A stretch of DNA of 64,000 nucleotides from a virus. Of this stretch, positions 1 through 9,154 are shown one piece after another. Both the position numbers and the translations under genes were made by a program. The notes beneath the pieces are model-generated. The model saw only the letters and a program-made list of their open reading frames with translations. It was not told where the DNA came from and did not search any database. The DNA is taken from the IMG/VR virus record IMGVR_UViG_3300009509_000001, positions 64,001 to 128,000 of that record; one strand, given 5' to 3'. The first letter of the stretch is position 1. Each line of letters opens with the position of its first letter.

Positions 1-46
1 GACGAACTGCATCGACTCAAGGTCTGCCTGCTTTTTGATCATATCT

Positions 47-373
47 TCATTCGGCACGGGTCGTGTCCTCCGGTTGAATATATTTGAAACTTATGGTTCT
101 TAAAAGTATCTTCCAGGTCTCGAGCCTGGGGACCCACTGCTTTTCTTCGAACGAGATGTGGGTCCAGCCCTTGGCTACCTCGTCGATTATCCGGTTATAA
201 GCCTTTATGTCTTCGGCATCGCTCATGACGAACACCTGCAGTTTCGTCGTGTGCACCCGACGCGGCCGCATACGTGGCGGATCGTCGTTCTTCAGATTAA
301 GTGCCGGCCCTTCGTAGGGCAGCCCTTCGTACATCCCGCGAATGTACGTCATTCCTGGTTCTGGTGTACTCAT
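47..373 (-). CDS. Hypothetical protein, virion-module neighbour
   Basis: 108-aa ORF; ATGA overlap with upstream gene. Confidence 0.7.
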   Translation of the reverse strand: MSTPEPGMTYIRGMYEGLPYEGPALNLKNDDPPRMRPRRVHTTKLQVFVMSDAEDIKAYNRIIDEVAKGWTHISFEEKQWVPRLETWKILLRTISFKYIQPEDTTRAE

Positions 374-696
374 ACAAACATATCGCGCCGGCGCGATTCA
401 TCCTGCTGTTGTCTCTTTCGTTCGATCAGCTTGCGTTTCAACGCCTGCATCTGACGCTGGCGCAGTGCGAGCTGTTCCCGCACGGTCGCGTCGACGACGC
501 GTTCCTGCAAAGCTTCCTTGTCGCTGTCGGTCGGAGAACTCATCTTCGACGCCAGATAGCCGAACGCCGCACCGCCGACGAGCGGGACGCCGACCAGGTA
601 AGGTCCGATACTGCCGAGGCCCTCGCCGATGCCTTCGATGGCGTCGCCCCAGCCGAACTTGGCTTTCTTATGCATGAAAGTGGTGAACTTGTCCAT
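370..696 (-). CDS. Putative virion protein (KxA leader, Gly-rich hydrophobic segment, coiled coil)
   Basis: MDKFTTFMHKKA leader; GVPLVGGAAFGYLA; AGGAG RBS. Confidence 0.65.
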   Translation of the reverse strand: MDKFTTFMHKKAKFGWGDAIEGIGEGLGSIGPYLVGVPLVGGAAFGYLASKMSSPTDSDKEALQERVVDATVREQLALRQRQMQALKRKLIERKRQQQDESRRRDMFV

Positions 697-705
697 GTGC
701 TTCTC

Positions 706-1560
706 CTATGAAATTAAACCGGTCGTACGCAATGCTCCGGCCAGTCCGCCGGTTACGCTGGCAATGCGCGTAACGTCCTTCGGCAATGCGAAAATGTTTC
801 CAAGCGCGTAGGCCGTCACGGCGGCACCTGCAAATCCGAGGCCCGCCCGGATCGCGCCGTTGGTCAGGTCAGCCATGCTGGTGTTCCCGCTGCGTCTGTC
901 CGAGCTCGTATTGTCGAATATGGTGCCGATAGCGGCCTTCTGACCACTGGTCAGGAATCTGTCGTTGGCCACGATCTCTTTGGCGTGATCCAGCGGTATG
1001 ACATCCATGGACATCACCGCCTGATTGCTCGCATCGCCCATACCACCTAACATAGCCGTTTTTTGAATAGGTTTCAACGCTGCAGTCTTCTGCCGATCCC
1101 GATCCATGTAGTTCCAACGGGTCATACTCTTCCACGGATGCTTAGTGTCCAGATTGCTGGCCACGCTCAGCCCGCCGGCTCCAAGAGCTGCGATGAGCGC
1201 CAACCGCCTGCGGAACTTCGAGATCTCCTCGTCGGTGACCGGCTGTGCGCCCATCCCGGGGACCATCTGTGCTCCACGGCCCATGAGCCGCGCTATGATC
1301 GGCGCAGCCAGATAAGCACCGCCACCAGCAACCGTAGCTGCGGCCAAGGCGCTTCCCGCCGGGTTTACCGTGTACTTTTTCCACTTCTTGTACGGAACCG
1401 TCCAGTCGGCATTGCTGAGAATGTTGCCGCCACTGGAGGCGCCGGCGCTTGCGTCGTATTCCTTACTGGGGCCGGCGTCGCGACTCTTCAGGTCGGTCGT
1501 CGGTCCTTTGGGCTTCTGTGCCAGCGGGACTTTCTTATCTTTTTTAACGGTTACTGCCAT
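706..1560 (-). CDS. Putative virion protein with Gly-rich hydrophobic segments and internal KTA motifs
   Basis: Start moved to ATG 1560 (after upstream stop at 1563); RQKTAALKPIQKTAM; several GxxxG segments. Confidence 0.65.
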   Translation of the reverse strand: MAVTVKKDKKVPLAQKPKGPTTDLKSRDAGPSKEYDASAGASSGGNILSNADWTVPYKKWKKYTVNPAGSALAAATVAGGGAYLAAPIIARLMGRGAQMVPGMGAQPVTDEEISKFRRRLALIAALGAGGLSVASNLDTKHPWKSMTRWNYMDRDRQKTAALKPIQKTAMLGGMGDASNQAVMSMDVIPLDHAKEIVANDRFLTSGQKAAIGTIFDNTSSDRRSGNTSMADLTNGAIRAGLGFAGAAVTAYALGNIFALPKDVTRIASVTGGLAGALRTTGLIS

Positions 1561-1562
1561 GG

Positions 1563-2363
1563 TCACACCCGCATATTGTTCATGAAGTTGGTGAATGCAC
1601 TGCCGCGCTGTGGCTGCGGCCGTCTGAAATTCCTGTTCGCCGCCCACCAGTTGGGGTTCTGCGGGTTCTGCTGTGCCTGGGCCTGCTGCTGCGGTTTGTC
1701 TCCGCCGAACAGACCTCCGGCCAGGAGCAGACCGCCGGCGCCGATCGCCAGCTTGCCCCAGTTGCCCTTCATCCAGTCGCCGATCTTTTTGTTGCGCTCG
1801 GTCTTATACTTGTCGTAGGCTCCCTTGGTGCCTGACATGAAGCCCTGGTTGAACTGCTTGGACACTTCCAGATCCGGATCAATGGCTTTACTGGGCTGCG
1901 CCGGCTGCGCCCCATCGTTCATGCCGAACATGCCCTTGACCATCTGTTTGCCTCTTTCGGCGGCGTCCACCACAGTGTTCACCGCAGGGGCTGCCGTAGT
2001 CGCCATCCGGTATTTCGGATCGCTCTCGGACATGATGCGCCGGTCTTCCGGGCTGAACTGTATCCGACGTTGCTCGGGCGTTAGCGTGCGCAGATAGTTT
2101 CCGTAGGATTCGATCTCCTGAGCGCGTCCACCGCCGGTAAGCCCTTCCCACACGCCCTTGCCCTGGACGTATCCGGTTACAAGTTTGCGTCCGGCCGCTG
2201 CACCTATCTGGTTCGCTTCTGCCGGGGTCTTGCCGGCCTTCAGCGCCGCCGCTCTGGCTCGCACGGTAGCGCTCGCCGCCTGCTGCCGCAGGGCGTTCAT
2301 GCGCTTGATCTGCTCGGGCGACATGCCCTGGGCCGTTTTCAGCAATGCTTCTTTAAGATGCAC
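1563..2363 (-). CDS. Putative virion protein (KTA leader)
   Basis: MHLKEALLKTAQ; GKLAIGAGGLLLAGGLFG. Confidence 0.7.
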   Translation of the reverse strand: MHLKEALLKTAQGMSPEQIKRMNALRQQAASATVRARAAALKAGKTPAEANQIGAAAGRKLVTGYVQGKGVWEGLTGGGRAQEIESYGNYLRTLTPEQRRIQFSPEDRRIMSESDPKYRMATTAAPAVNTVVDAAERGKQMVKGMFGMNDGAQPAQPSKAIDPDLEVSKQFNQGFMSGTKGAYDKYKTERNKKIGDWMKGNWGKLAIGAGGLLLAGGLFGGDKPQQQAQAQQNPQNPNWWAANRNFRRPQPQRGSAFTNFMNNMRV

Positions 2364-2375
2364 GGGACGCTCTAG

Positions 2376-3830
2376 TTAAAGGGTTGGTTTTTTCTTGACC
2401 AGCGGCGGTTGCCCGGCGACCACCTGTTTGGGTTCTTCCGGCTTCTTGGTCTTCGACAAAATCTGTTCAGCGCCGCTTAGGAGTTGCGGGTTCGTCTCAC
2501 CGCTGGCCGCCCGCTTGGCGTCCTGCCGCGCCTTGAACCGCTGCCCGGGCGTCAGCTCGGTATCCGTCGAAGCCACCGCAGGTGTCGCGGGTGTCACCGG
2601 CTTCTCGGCAGTCGGGGCATTCCTGCGCGCCTGAACGAGCTGCTGGTGCTGCTGCATGGTAAGTGGTGACAGTCCGGCGCCTTGGCGCTGCTTGTTGGCT
2701 TCCGCCAACGTGCTTTCAGTCGGATAAACCACTCTTCCACCGACGTTCATGCTGCCGGCAATGGCTTCTTGATTTATCTTTGACGCTTTGTCCCATGTCG
2801 ATGCGTCAGCAGGCCCGAAAATCTTCGCCCCGCCGGCATTCACATGCTCCTGGAACTGTGCGTCGGTCATATTGCTGTCGGCGAGCTCCTTCGGCATCAT
2901 GTAAATGTTGCCCTGAAATTCGACCGGCCGATCGTTGGCGCTCGGCTGATATGCGTCGGTGGTAGCGGCTGCGGCCTGCTCGGGCTTCTGCACGGTCTCG
3001 GGCTGCTTCGTCATGGCGGCCTCCACCTCGGGGTTCAGCATGGACGTGCGCTTAGCTTCTTCAGCCACTGCTTCGCCCTTTTTAAGCTCCTCGGCTTGCT
3101 GCCTGGCTGCGCGCTCGGCCCGTGCACGCTCTACGTCGGCGCGGGAAATGGGTGGGGTGGACGCGATGGTTTCCGCTGCCACGGGCGGTTTCGCGGTCTG
3201 CCCCGTAGTCTGAACGGCATCGGTACCCTTCGTGACGTCGTCGGCCTGCGGCTCGTTCTGGACGCGTTCCTGCGTAGTTCCCGGGTTTTTGATGGTGGTG
3301 TTGATATGGTCCTGCATGACGGCCCGGTCTTCTTCGCTGGCACCGGGGACAGCCGTATCAATGGCACTGTCCATCGCGGTCTCCATGTCCTTCGGCAACC
3401 AGCCGAACTCACGAGCGGCGTACATGCCGAGCCCCGCGATAAGTCCACCGATAGCAGCACCCTTGGCTCCGCCGAAGGCTCCACCGACCAGTGCGCCGAT
3501 AATGGCGCCGCCGACGCCGGCACCGACAGTGTATCGATTGATCTTGGCACCACCAAGAGCCTCGCGCATACCGCCTTCCAGCGCGGTCTTCGCCCACTCG
3601 GCCTTTATGGCCGCCTGCTCCTCGGGAGTCTTGTCCTTCAGCTTTTCGCCGATCTCCCGGTCGTGCTTGGCCTTCCAGTATTCGCCGGTCTTCAGCGGGT
3701 TCAGGGCGTCCTCCGGATTCTGCAGGGGCTTCTCCAGCCACTGGTTGAACTGCTGCCCGATGTCCCCTGGTTCGGCCGTCTTACGAAGCCCTTCACGGGC
3801 CGCTCTCAAATCTGCTTTGGTGACGCTCAT
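2376..3830 (-). CDS. Putative virion/ejection protein (KTA leader, glycine zipper)
   Basis: GLRKTAEP; GAGVGGAIIGALVGGAFGGAKGAAIGGLIAGLG; long Ala/Gln/Pro-rich C-terminus. Confidence 0.7.
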   Translation of the reverse strand: MSVTKADLRAAREGLRKTAEPGDIGQQFNQWLEKPLQNPEDALNPLKTGEYWKAKHDREIGEKLKDKTPEEQAAIKAEWAKTALEGGMREALGGAKINRYTVGAGVGGAIIGALVGGAFGGAKGAAIGGLIAGLGMYAAREFGWLPKDMETAMDSAIDTAVPGASEEDRAVMQDHINTTIKNPGTTQERVQNEPQADDVTKGTDAVQTTGQTAKPPVAAETIASTPPISRADVERARAERAARQQAEELKKGEAVAEEAKRTSMLNPEVEAAMTKQPETVQKPEQAAAATTDAYQPSANDRPVEFQGNIYMMPKELADSNMTDAQFQEHVNAGGAKIFGPADASTWDKASKINQEAIAGSMNVGGRVVYPTESTLAEANKQRQGAGLSPLTMQQHQQLVQARRNAPTAEKPVTPATPAVASTDTELTPGQRFKARQDAKRAASGETNPQLLSGAEQILSKTKKPEEPKQVVAGQPPLVKKKPTL

Positions 3831-3839
3831 GATCGACTC

Positions 3840-4322
3840 CTAGTTTGAACCCGGAGCGCTTAGCATCCAGTTGGTGTCCATAGCCTGCTGCTTGGCTTCG
3901 GCCACGCGTTGATCGTTCATATCGCGAACCTCGTTCTGAAGCTGGTTCGCCTTGATGAATTCCTTCTGGGCCTTGGCCACGTTCTGGGCCGCCTTGCCCT
4001 TCTGCTGGAGCCGTGCGGCCGCTTCGTTGGTCTGCTCGGTCTGCTGCTCGAACGCCTGCTTTTCCTTTTCCTGCTGCGCCATCTGCGCCTGCTGAGCCTG
4101 CATCTGGTTCGAGCGCTGGGACATGTTCATGGGAGTGGCCGACGGCATCGGTGCGGCCTGGGCCGGCATGGTACTCGCTGCAGCGCCCATCGACGGGTTC
4201 TGCGGCATGGTTGCCGGGGCGGAAGGCGCCTGTGCGGCGGATTGTGGTTGCTGCACGGCAGCTAGTTTACGCAACGCCGCTACACCTACGGCGGCTTCCA
4301 ATTTAGGGTCGAGCATGGTCAA
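3840..4322 (-). CDS. Putative virion protein, Q/A-rich coiled coil
   Basis: AGGAGG RBS; ALRKLAA leader. Confidence 0.7.
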   Translation of the reverse strand: MTMLDPKLEAAVGVAALRKLAAVQQPQSAAQAPSAPATMPQNPSMGAAASTMPAQAAPMPSATPMNMSQRSNQMQAQQAQMAQQEKEKQAFEQQTEQTNEAAARLQQKGKAAQNVAKAQKEFIKANQLQNEVRDMNDQRVAEAKQQAMDTNWMLSAPGSN

Positions 4323-4364
4323 GCCTCCTGAATTTTTTCATAAATATTACTATATCACCGGGAG

Positions 4365-6224
4365 CTACATCATGCCACCCTGGGCCTTTGCCTGGGTGAG
4401 TGCTTGCGACTGCACTCCCTGCTCCATTTTCTGCAATTCCTCTTTGACGAGTGCGCTCATGGTCGGGTCCGTCTTGTTCAGGTTCGCGAGCTGACTCTGA
4501 CGGTCAGGTGCAGAGAATACCTGCTGCGCGAATGCGGCCGCATCGGCCTGCATCTGATCCAGTGTCGGTGGTCCGCCACCGCCAACCGGCATTCCGGGTG
4601 CGGGCGCTCCGCCGGCCGCAGGCATTACGCCGCCGGCCGCTGGTGGTGCCGCTTCGCCCTGCGGAAGCCCCATGTTGGCCTGCGCCGCGTTCGGCGGGAT
4701 CTGCCCGGGTGGCGCCATCTGGACGTATTCGTCCAGCATCTGGGCCTTGGACTCCTTGGCGTTCTCTTCGCGTGCGTCGTCGGCCATTTGGCGACGTTCC
4801 TCCTTGAGGCGCTCGCGCTCGATCTCCGGATCGATGTGGAAAGCTTTGAGGGCCGTGGTCTGCGAGACGACGCCGGCGCTGGCCAGATTCAATTTGACCT
4901 GCTTGGTGACGTCGTCTTCCGCGATCGACACATAGACCAGGCGGCCGTGAATCTCTTTCCAGCCGATCTGTTCGCTGCAGGCTTCGAGATACCAGTTTAT
5001 CCAGGTCGAGATCGGATCGGTGAAATGGCTCCAGCTGCGTTCGAAGGCTCTGAGGCCGATCGGTGGTCCGTTGACGGAAGCGAAGCTGCTGCGGTAGAAT
5101 TCGGTGGCCACGCCCATCGTGGTCAAAAGCTGGTCGTATCGGCGCTCGATCTGCTCGGCCGGGGTGATGCTCTGGCCTTCACCGCCGGCGATGTTGTAAT
5201 CGACGGGGGCCGGCAGCGTGTGCCAGCCGGTCGGATCGCTCTTGTGACGGCTGATCATGGCCTTCACGTTGCCCATGAAGTTCTGCATGCCGAAAGTCTG
5301 CAGCGGGTCGACGCCACCCTTGGTGGTGGCTGGCGTCAGATAACGGAGCGGGACGATCCAGTCGCTGGCGATGGCTTCGTCGAAACGCTCGAGCATCTGA
5401 AGCTGCACGACCTGACTGAAACAGCTCATGAACAGGGGTATTCCCCACCCGTCGTTAAGCCTGAATCCGCCTGCGGCCGGTTCGATCGAAAGGTGCTTGA
5501 AGGTCTCCGGGTCGAACCGAAGTCGTGTGCGGTCCTTGACAGCCTCGATGAACTCCCATGGAATGGAGCATAGCGACAAGTGGTCGCCCTTCTGGATCTT
5601 GCCGGCGCTTCGGCCGTCGATCCGCAGATAGAACTCGCGGCGGCCGCTCAGGCGGCAGAAATCGATCTCGACGTCGCGTGGGTCCCAGCGGATGACGACG
5701 AGCCCGCTCTTGTGGCTCTTGTCCTGTGAATCCTTGCGCTTATGTGCGCCGTGAAAGCCGCACGCTGGACAGGTGGACAGAAATTCATAGCCGGCCGACC
5801 ATTTGTAGTCGATGTCGGGCTTGAGTTTTTCGAGCACGCGGGTCATTCCGCACTCCGGACACTGGATGGACCGGTTGATGGGAAGCGTCAGACTGGTAAA
5901 GCTGTTGCCGAACCCGATAAGGTCGTCACCGACCAGACCGGCGTTCTCCAGGATGTTGAAGTCGCGATGGAGCTGGAGCGTGTAGTCCTTCCGCTCCGCG
6001 ACGCTCAGGTCCTCCCCATAGATCTCGAGTTCGTTCAGGAAATATCGAATGGACCGTTTGATGGCCATCGTATAGACGCCGTGACGATTCCACAGCCATT
6101 CCGCCCACTGAAGGACCTCGTCCATCGTGCGCGGGTATATGAGATTGGCGTAGGTTCTAAACGGATTCGCTACGCCCGTTGAGTCCAGGTCCCTTTTGTC
6201 GTATGGATTCAGCTCTATTGGCAT
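4365..6224 (-). CDS. Probable portal protein with Zn-ribbon insertion
   Basis: 619 aa; portal-like DDLIGFGNSF segment, IRWDPRDV, helical core, AGVVSQTTAL crown segment, P/Q/G-rich tail; CPEC and CPAC pair; AGGAG RBS. Confidence 0.6.
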   Translation of the reverse strand: MPIELNPYDKRDLDSTGVANPFRTYANLIYPRTMDEVLQWAEWLWNRHGVYTMAIKRSIRYFLNELEIYGEDLSVAERKDYTLQLHRDFNILENAGLVGDDLIGFGNSFTSLTLPINRSIQCPECGMTRVLEKLKPDIDYKWSAGYEFLSTCPACGFHGAHKRKDSQDKSHKSGLVVIRWDPRDVEIDFCRLSGRREFYLRIDGRSAGKIQKGDHLSLCSIPWEFIEAVKDRTRLRFDPETFKHLSIEPAAGGFRLNDGWGIPLFMSCFSQVVQLQMLERFDEAIASDWIVPLRYLTPATTKGGVDPLQTFGMQNFMGNVKAMISRHKSDPTGWHTLPAPVDYNIAGGEGQSITPAEQIERRYDQLLTTMGVATEFYRSSFASVNGPPIGLRAFERSWSHFTDPISTWINWYLEACSEQIGWKEIHGRLVYVSIAEDDVTKQVKLNLASAGVVSQTTALKAFHIDPEIERERLKEERRQMADDAREENAKESKAQMLDEYVQMAPPGQIPPNAAQANMGLPQGEAAPPAAGGVMPAAGGAPAPGMPVGGGGPPTLDQMQADAAAFAQQVFSAPDRQSQLANLNKTDPTMSALVKEELQKMEQGVQSQALTQAKAQGGMM

Positions 6225-6375
6225 GGATGTCTCCTGTAGCCGCTATGGATGTCAGATTGTCGTCACCGGAATCACGGCACGCCCCGCAGACCGGCACCGA
6301 TTCAAAGCCGGAGACGGCCGGGTTCTTGCGACATCTGCAGCAAACGATCCGCTCACTGCTGTTTTTCTTAATCAT
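6157..6375 (-). CDS. Small Zn-finger protein
   Basis: CCRC...CGAC; overlaps the portal start, so start/end are uncertain. Confidence 0.45.
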   Translation of the reverse strand: MIKKNSSERIVCCRCRKNPAVSGFESVPVCGACRDSGDDNLTSIAATGDIHANRAESIRQKGPGLNGRSESV

Positions 6376-7169
6376 GAGATGTCTCCGATGGGTTCTGCAC
6401 AGAAAGGCATTATTAGTAATATATCGCCCTTGTAGGTGAAACTCAAACCGAGGTTGAGTACACTGTGCGCGTTGCCGTCGAACTCGACGGACAGCGGCAT
6501 TTCATGGCTGATCGGCGGTTCGTACATGGAATCCTGGTTCTTCGAACTCGCGAGCACGATGAACCGCTCCTGGGCAAAGGCCGATGCATACGTCGTGGTC
6601 ATACGCCCGAAGGCGCCGCTGAACGTCACGCGGACGCCGTTCTTGGTGACGGGTGCCGTCTCCGGGGCAGGCTGCACTGCCGCTGCTTGCGGCTGCGCCT
6701 GTGGCTGCGCGTTCTGCATGAACATGTTCATCATCTGCATCATCATCTGCATCGGATCGACCGATCCGGGCATCTGTTGAGCCGTCTTCGGCATCGTGCC
6801 TGGCGCCGGCGTGTTGAACATGACGTCGCCGAGGTCTTCCGGAATGCCGGAAGCGGCGGCCTCTTTCGCGTCATTCCCGAACAGGTCGGGCTTAAAGTTG
6901 TCTTCTTCGTGCATAACCATGAATGCTCCGTTTGCGTCGGCCCCTACCTGGCGGCGTTTGAACCCGTCGCCGTACCGCCTTTCCTCGGCAGTCGCCTTAC
7001 CGCTGATGCCACCATCCTTGGTGCTGCGCGGTACGATGGTGTTCTTGCCCATACTTCCATACGTGCCTTCGTCGAGGCCGTTCTCGTCATCAATGCAGAC
7101 GAGCGTCACGTTTCCTGACTTGTGGAACTTCTGAGCGTTCCTGAATACTTCAGATAATGGTTCGCCCAT
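6372..7169 (-). CDS. Hypothetical protein with M/Q/P low-complexity linker
   Basis: 265-aa ORF, GGAGG RBS, PMQMMMQMMNMFMQ. Confidence 0.75.
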   Translation of the reverse strand: MGEPLSEVFRNAQKFHKSGNVTLVCIDDENGLDEGTYGSMGKNTIVPRSTKDGGISGKATAEERRYGDGFKRRQVGADANGAFMVMHEEDNFKPDLFGNDAKEAAASGIPEDLGDVMFNTPAPGTMPKTAQQMPGSVDPMQMMMQMMNMFMQNAQPQAQPQAAAVQPAPETAPVTKNGVRVTFSGAFGRMTTTYASAFAQERFIVLASSKNQDSMYEPPISHEMPLSVEFDGNAHSVLNLGLSFTYKGDILLIMPFCAEPIGDIS

Positions 7170-7216
7170 GAGGGGGTCCTCCGTGTTAATGGTAATTTCC
7201 AGGAGATCCTGGAAAT

Positions 7217-7417
7217 CTACGCGTCGGCCTGCTGCAGCTCGTCGCGGGAAACGCCCTCACGCTGACTCAGGTAACCCGACATGTATCCATCGACGCTCGG
7301 GTCGTTGTTCGGGTTGTCCCGAAGATACCCGGCCATGAAGCCGGCCTGGAATGCGTTGGTCTGTTCGACTGGAATCTGTTGTTCCTGTTCTTGTTGGATG
7401 GTTTCTTCGTCAGGCAT
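7217..7417 (-). CDS. Small acidic hypothetical protein
   Basis: AAAGGAGG RBS; follows sigma70-like promoter. Confidence 0.6.
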   Translation of the reverse strand: MPDEETIQQEQEQQIPVEQTNAFQAGFMAGYLRDNPNNDPSVDGYMSGYLSQREGVSRDELQQADA

Positions 7418-7443
7418 GGTAACCTCCTTTGGTTGTTACTCTT

Positions 7444-7471
7444 AATGTACATATTTACGCCCGTACGTCAA
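7444..7471 (-). promoter_or_regulatory. Sigma70-like promoter
   Basis: TTGACG-N16-TACATT on minus strand. Confidence 0.55.
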
Positions 7472-7474
7472 GAC

Positions 7475-7505
7475 AAAACAGCCCCGGGCGTTTTTGCCAC
7501 GGGGC
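7475..7505 (-). terminator. Rho-independent terminator
   Basis: GCCCCG/CGGGGC stem followed by TGTTTT, downstream of 7553 gene. Confidence 0.5.
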
Positions 7506-7552
7506 CATCGAATAAGAATGAACTATTACTCTAGCCCCGCGGCGGCTTATTG

Positions 7553-8158
7553 TCAAACTTCGTGCAGGTTGTACTCGCCGCATTTGCAGCAGCATTTGTT
7601 TCCGGGGTCCTGCCACTCGTCACACACGGCACAGGCCACGATGATCGTCATCGTATACTCGTCCTCCGGCTCCTCGCCGAGCACGTCGACGGCCGTGTTC
7701 CACAGGATCTCGGCCGTCTGCTTGAATATCCTGAAGCGCATCCGATTGTAATTGATGGACTTGAATATGTTGTGCTCTTCTGGGTCTTCGTGCCGCTGAA
7801 CGGCCGCGCTCCAGTCCACCAGCATTTCGACCATATCGACCAGGTTCATCCCGTTGATACCGTTCTCGAAATGCTCCGGATGATGGCGGTTGTTCGCGTA
7901 ATGGTGCTTGAGCGCCGGCTGGAGCGAGCCCTTGAGCAGGGCATTGTACTCCTTCGACCCGTACTTCAGTTCGCGGAGTTCGGCCGCGGCCGCGAAGTAC
8001 GGCAGTTCCTCCTTGCGGAGCTTGCTTCGGTCGTGCCGGCGCCCACGCAGGCGCATCAGGTTGCTGACGGCATCCAGCTGTCCTCGTACATTGTGCTGGT
8101 GAATGAGGATGCCGTCGCGTTCTGCCAGTAACTGGTCACGTGTTGGTTCGGGTGTCAT
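7553..8158 (-). CDS. DUF5662-like HD-related protein with C-terminal Cys cluster
   Basis: HDRSK...ALKHHYANNRHHPEHF...DMVEMLVDW. Confidence 0.75.
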   Translation of the reverse strand: MTPEPTRDQLLAERDGILIHQHNVRGQLDAVSNLMRLRGRRHDRSKLRKEELPYFAAAAELRELKYGSKEYNALLKGSLQPALKHHYANNRHHPEHFENGINGMNLVDMVEMLVDWSAAVQRHEDPEEHNIFKSINYNRMRFRIFKQTAEILWNTAVDVLGEEPEDEYTMTIIVACAVCDEWQDPGNKCCCKCGEYNLHEV

Positions 8159-8679
8159 TGGTTGCCGTCCTCCGCCATGGTCGACGGTTCGTCCGTCGAT
8201 TCGGGGAACGCGGCCTCTTCCAGGGACCTCAGTCGCTGCGCCTGCAGCATGGCCAGATCCGGCCCCATGTACTGCAGGAACGCTTCCTTATGGTGCGGAG
8301 CGGTGATCACGAACGCCTGGCCGTTGATGACCAGCGTGTGCCCTGGAAGCCACTTGAGCCTCTTGGCTCGTTTACCCATCAGGGCCACGCGAATACCGGC
8401 CTTCGACGTGCCGATCACCCGCATCTTGATGCCTTCATGTCCGTTGATGCGCTCGCCGACCGAGAAGTGCTTCGAGCAGTCGTACTCGGGCTTCTTGGGT
8501 TCCTCCTTCGGCGGATCGAGCGTCGCCATGATAGCGGCGACATCCGCCCGCTGCTCCGGCGTCCAGTCCTTCGTCGGATCTTCACCAAGCAGCACGTCGG
8601 CCGCCTCGTCAAGGCCGAGCTGTGGTTGATCTTTCGTTTCTTCTTCCGTCATACTTACCTCCTCAGAATGGTATGTCAT
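8155..8679 (-). CDS. Hypothetical protein
   Basis: ORF with ATGA overlap; start may be M at ~8652. Confidence 0.6.
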   Translation of the reverse strand: MTYHSEEVSMTEEETKDQPQLGLDEAADVLLGEDPTKDWTPEQRADVAAIMATLDPPKEEPKKPEYDCSKHFSVGERINGHEGIKMRVIGTSKAGIRVALMGKRAKRLKWLPGHTLVINGQAFVITAPHHKEAFLQYMGPDLAMLQAQRLRSLEEAAFPESTDEPSTMAEDGNQ

Positions 8680-9154
8680 CGATTGATTCGTCGCTTACGT
8701 CGAACGGGTCGTCGTCGCTCCCGGCGGGGAACGGCGGCGGTTTGGGCCGACTGGGCTGATACGCCGGCGGCTGATAGGCAGGGGACTGCACGGGAGCCGG
8801 GCCGTCGCCGCTGTCCGTCATTTCATTCTGCGTGATCACGGCCTCTGCAGTGATCCGCACGGCACTGCGCTTTCCACCGCCGTTGGGGTCGTCCCAGGAC
8901 TCGTAGGTCAAACGACCCTGTACGATCACGAACATGGCCGCCTTGAGTTTGTCCCGGAACTGAAGGGCCTGGTCGCCCCAGGCTTTGACTTCGAAGAAGC
9001 CGTGCTCCTGCCGGGCCTGGCCCGCCCACACGTATTCGCGGGCACACCGGATTGAGAACGTGAGCAGCGCCGTTCCGTTGTTGCCCACGTTGCGCATCTC
9101 GGGTTCGCGCGTGACGATCCCGGATATAGTGATTGAATTAAGGTCTTTCATCAT
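8663..9154 (-). CDS. ssb: Single-stranded DNA-binding protein
   Basis: LNSITISGIVTREPEMR, VKAWG, VQGRL, acidic tail ending DDIPF. Confidence 0.93.
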   Translation of the reverse strand: MMKDLNSITISGIVTREPEMRNVGNNGTALLTFSIRCAREYVWAGQARQEHGFFEVKAWGDQALQFRDKLKAAMFVIVQGRLTYESWDDPNGGGKRSAVRITAEAVITQNEMTDSGDGPAPVQSPAYQPPAYQPSRPKPPPFPAGSDDDPFDVSDESIDDIPF

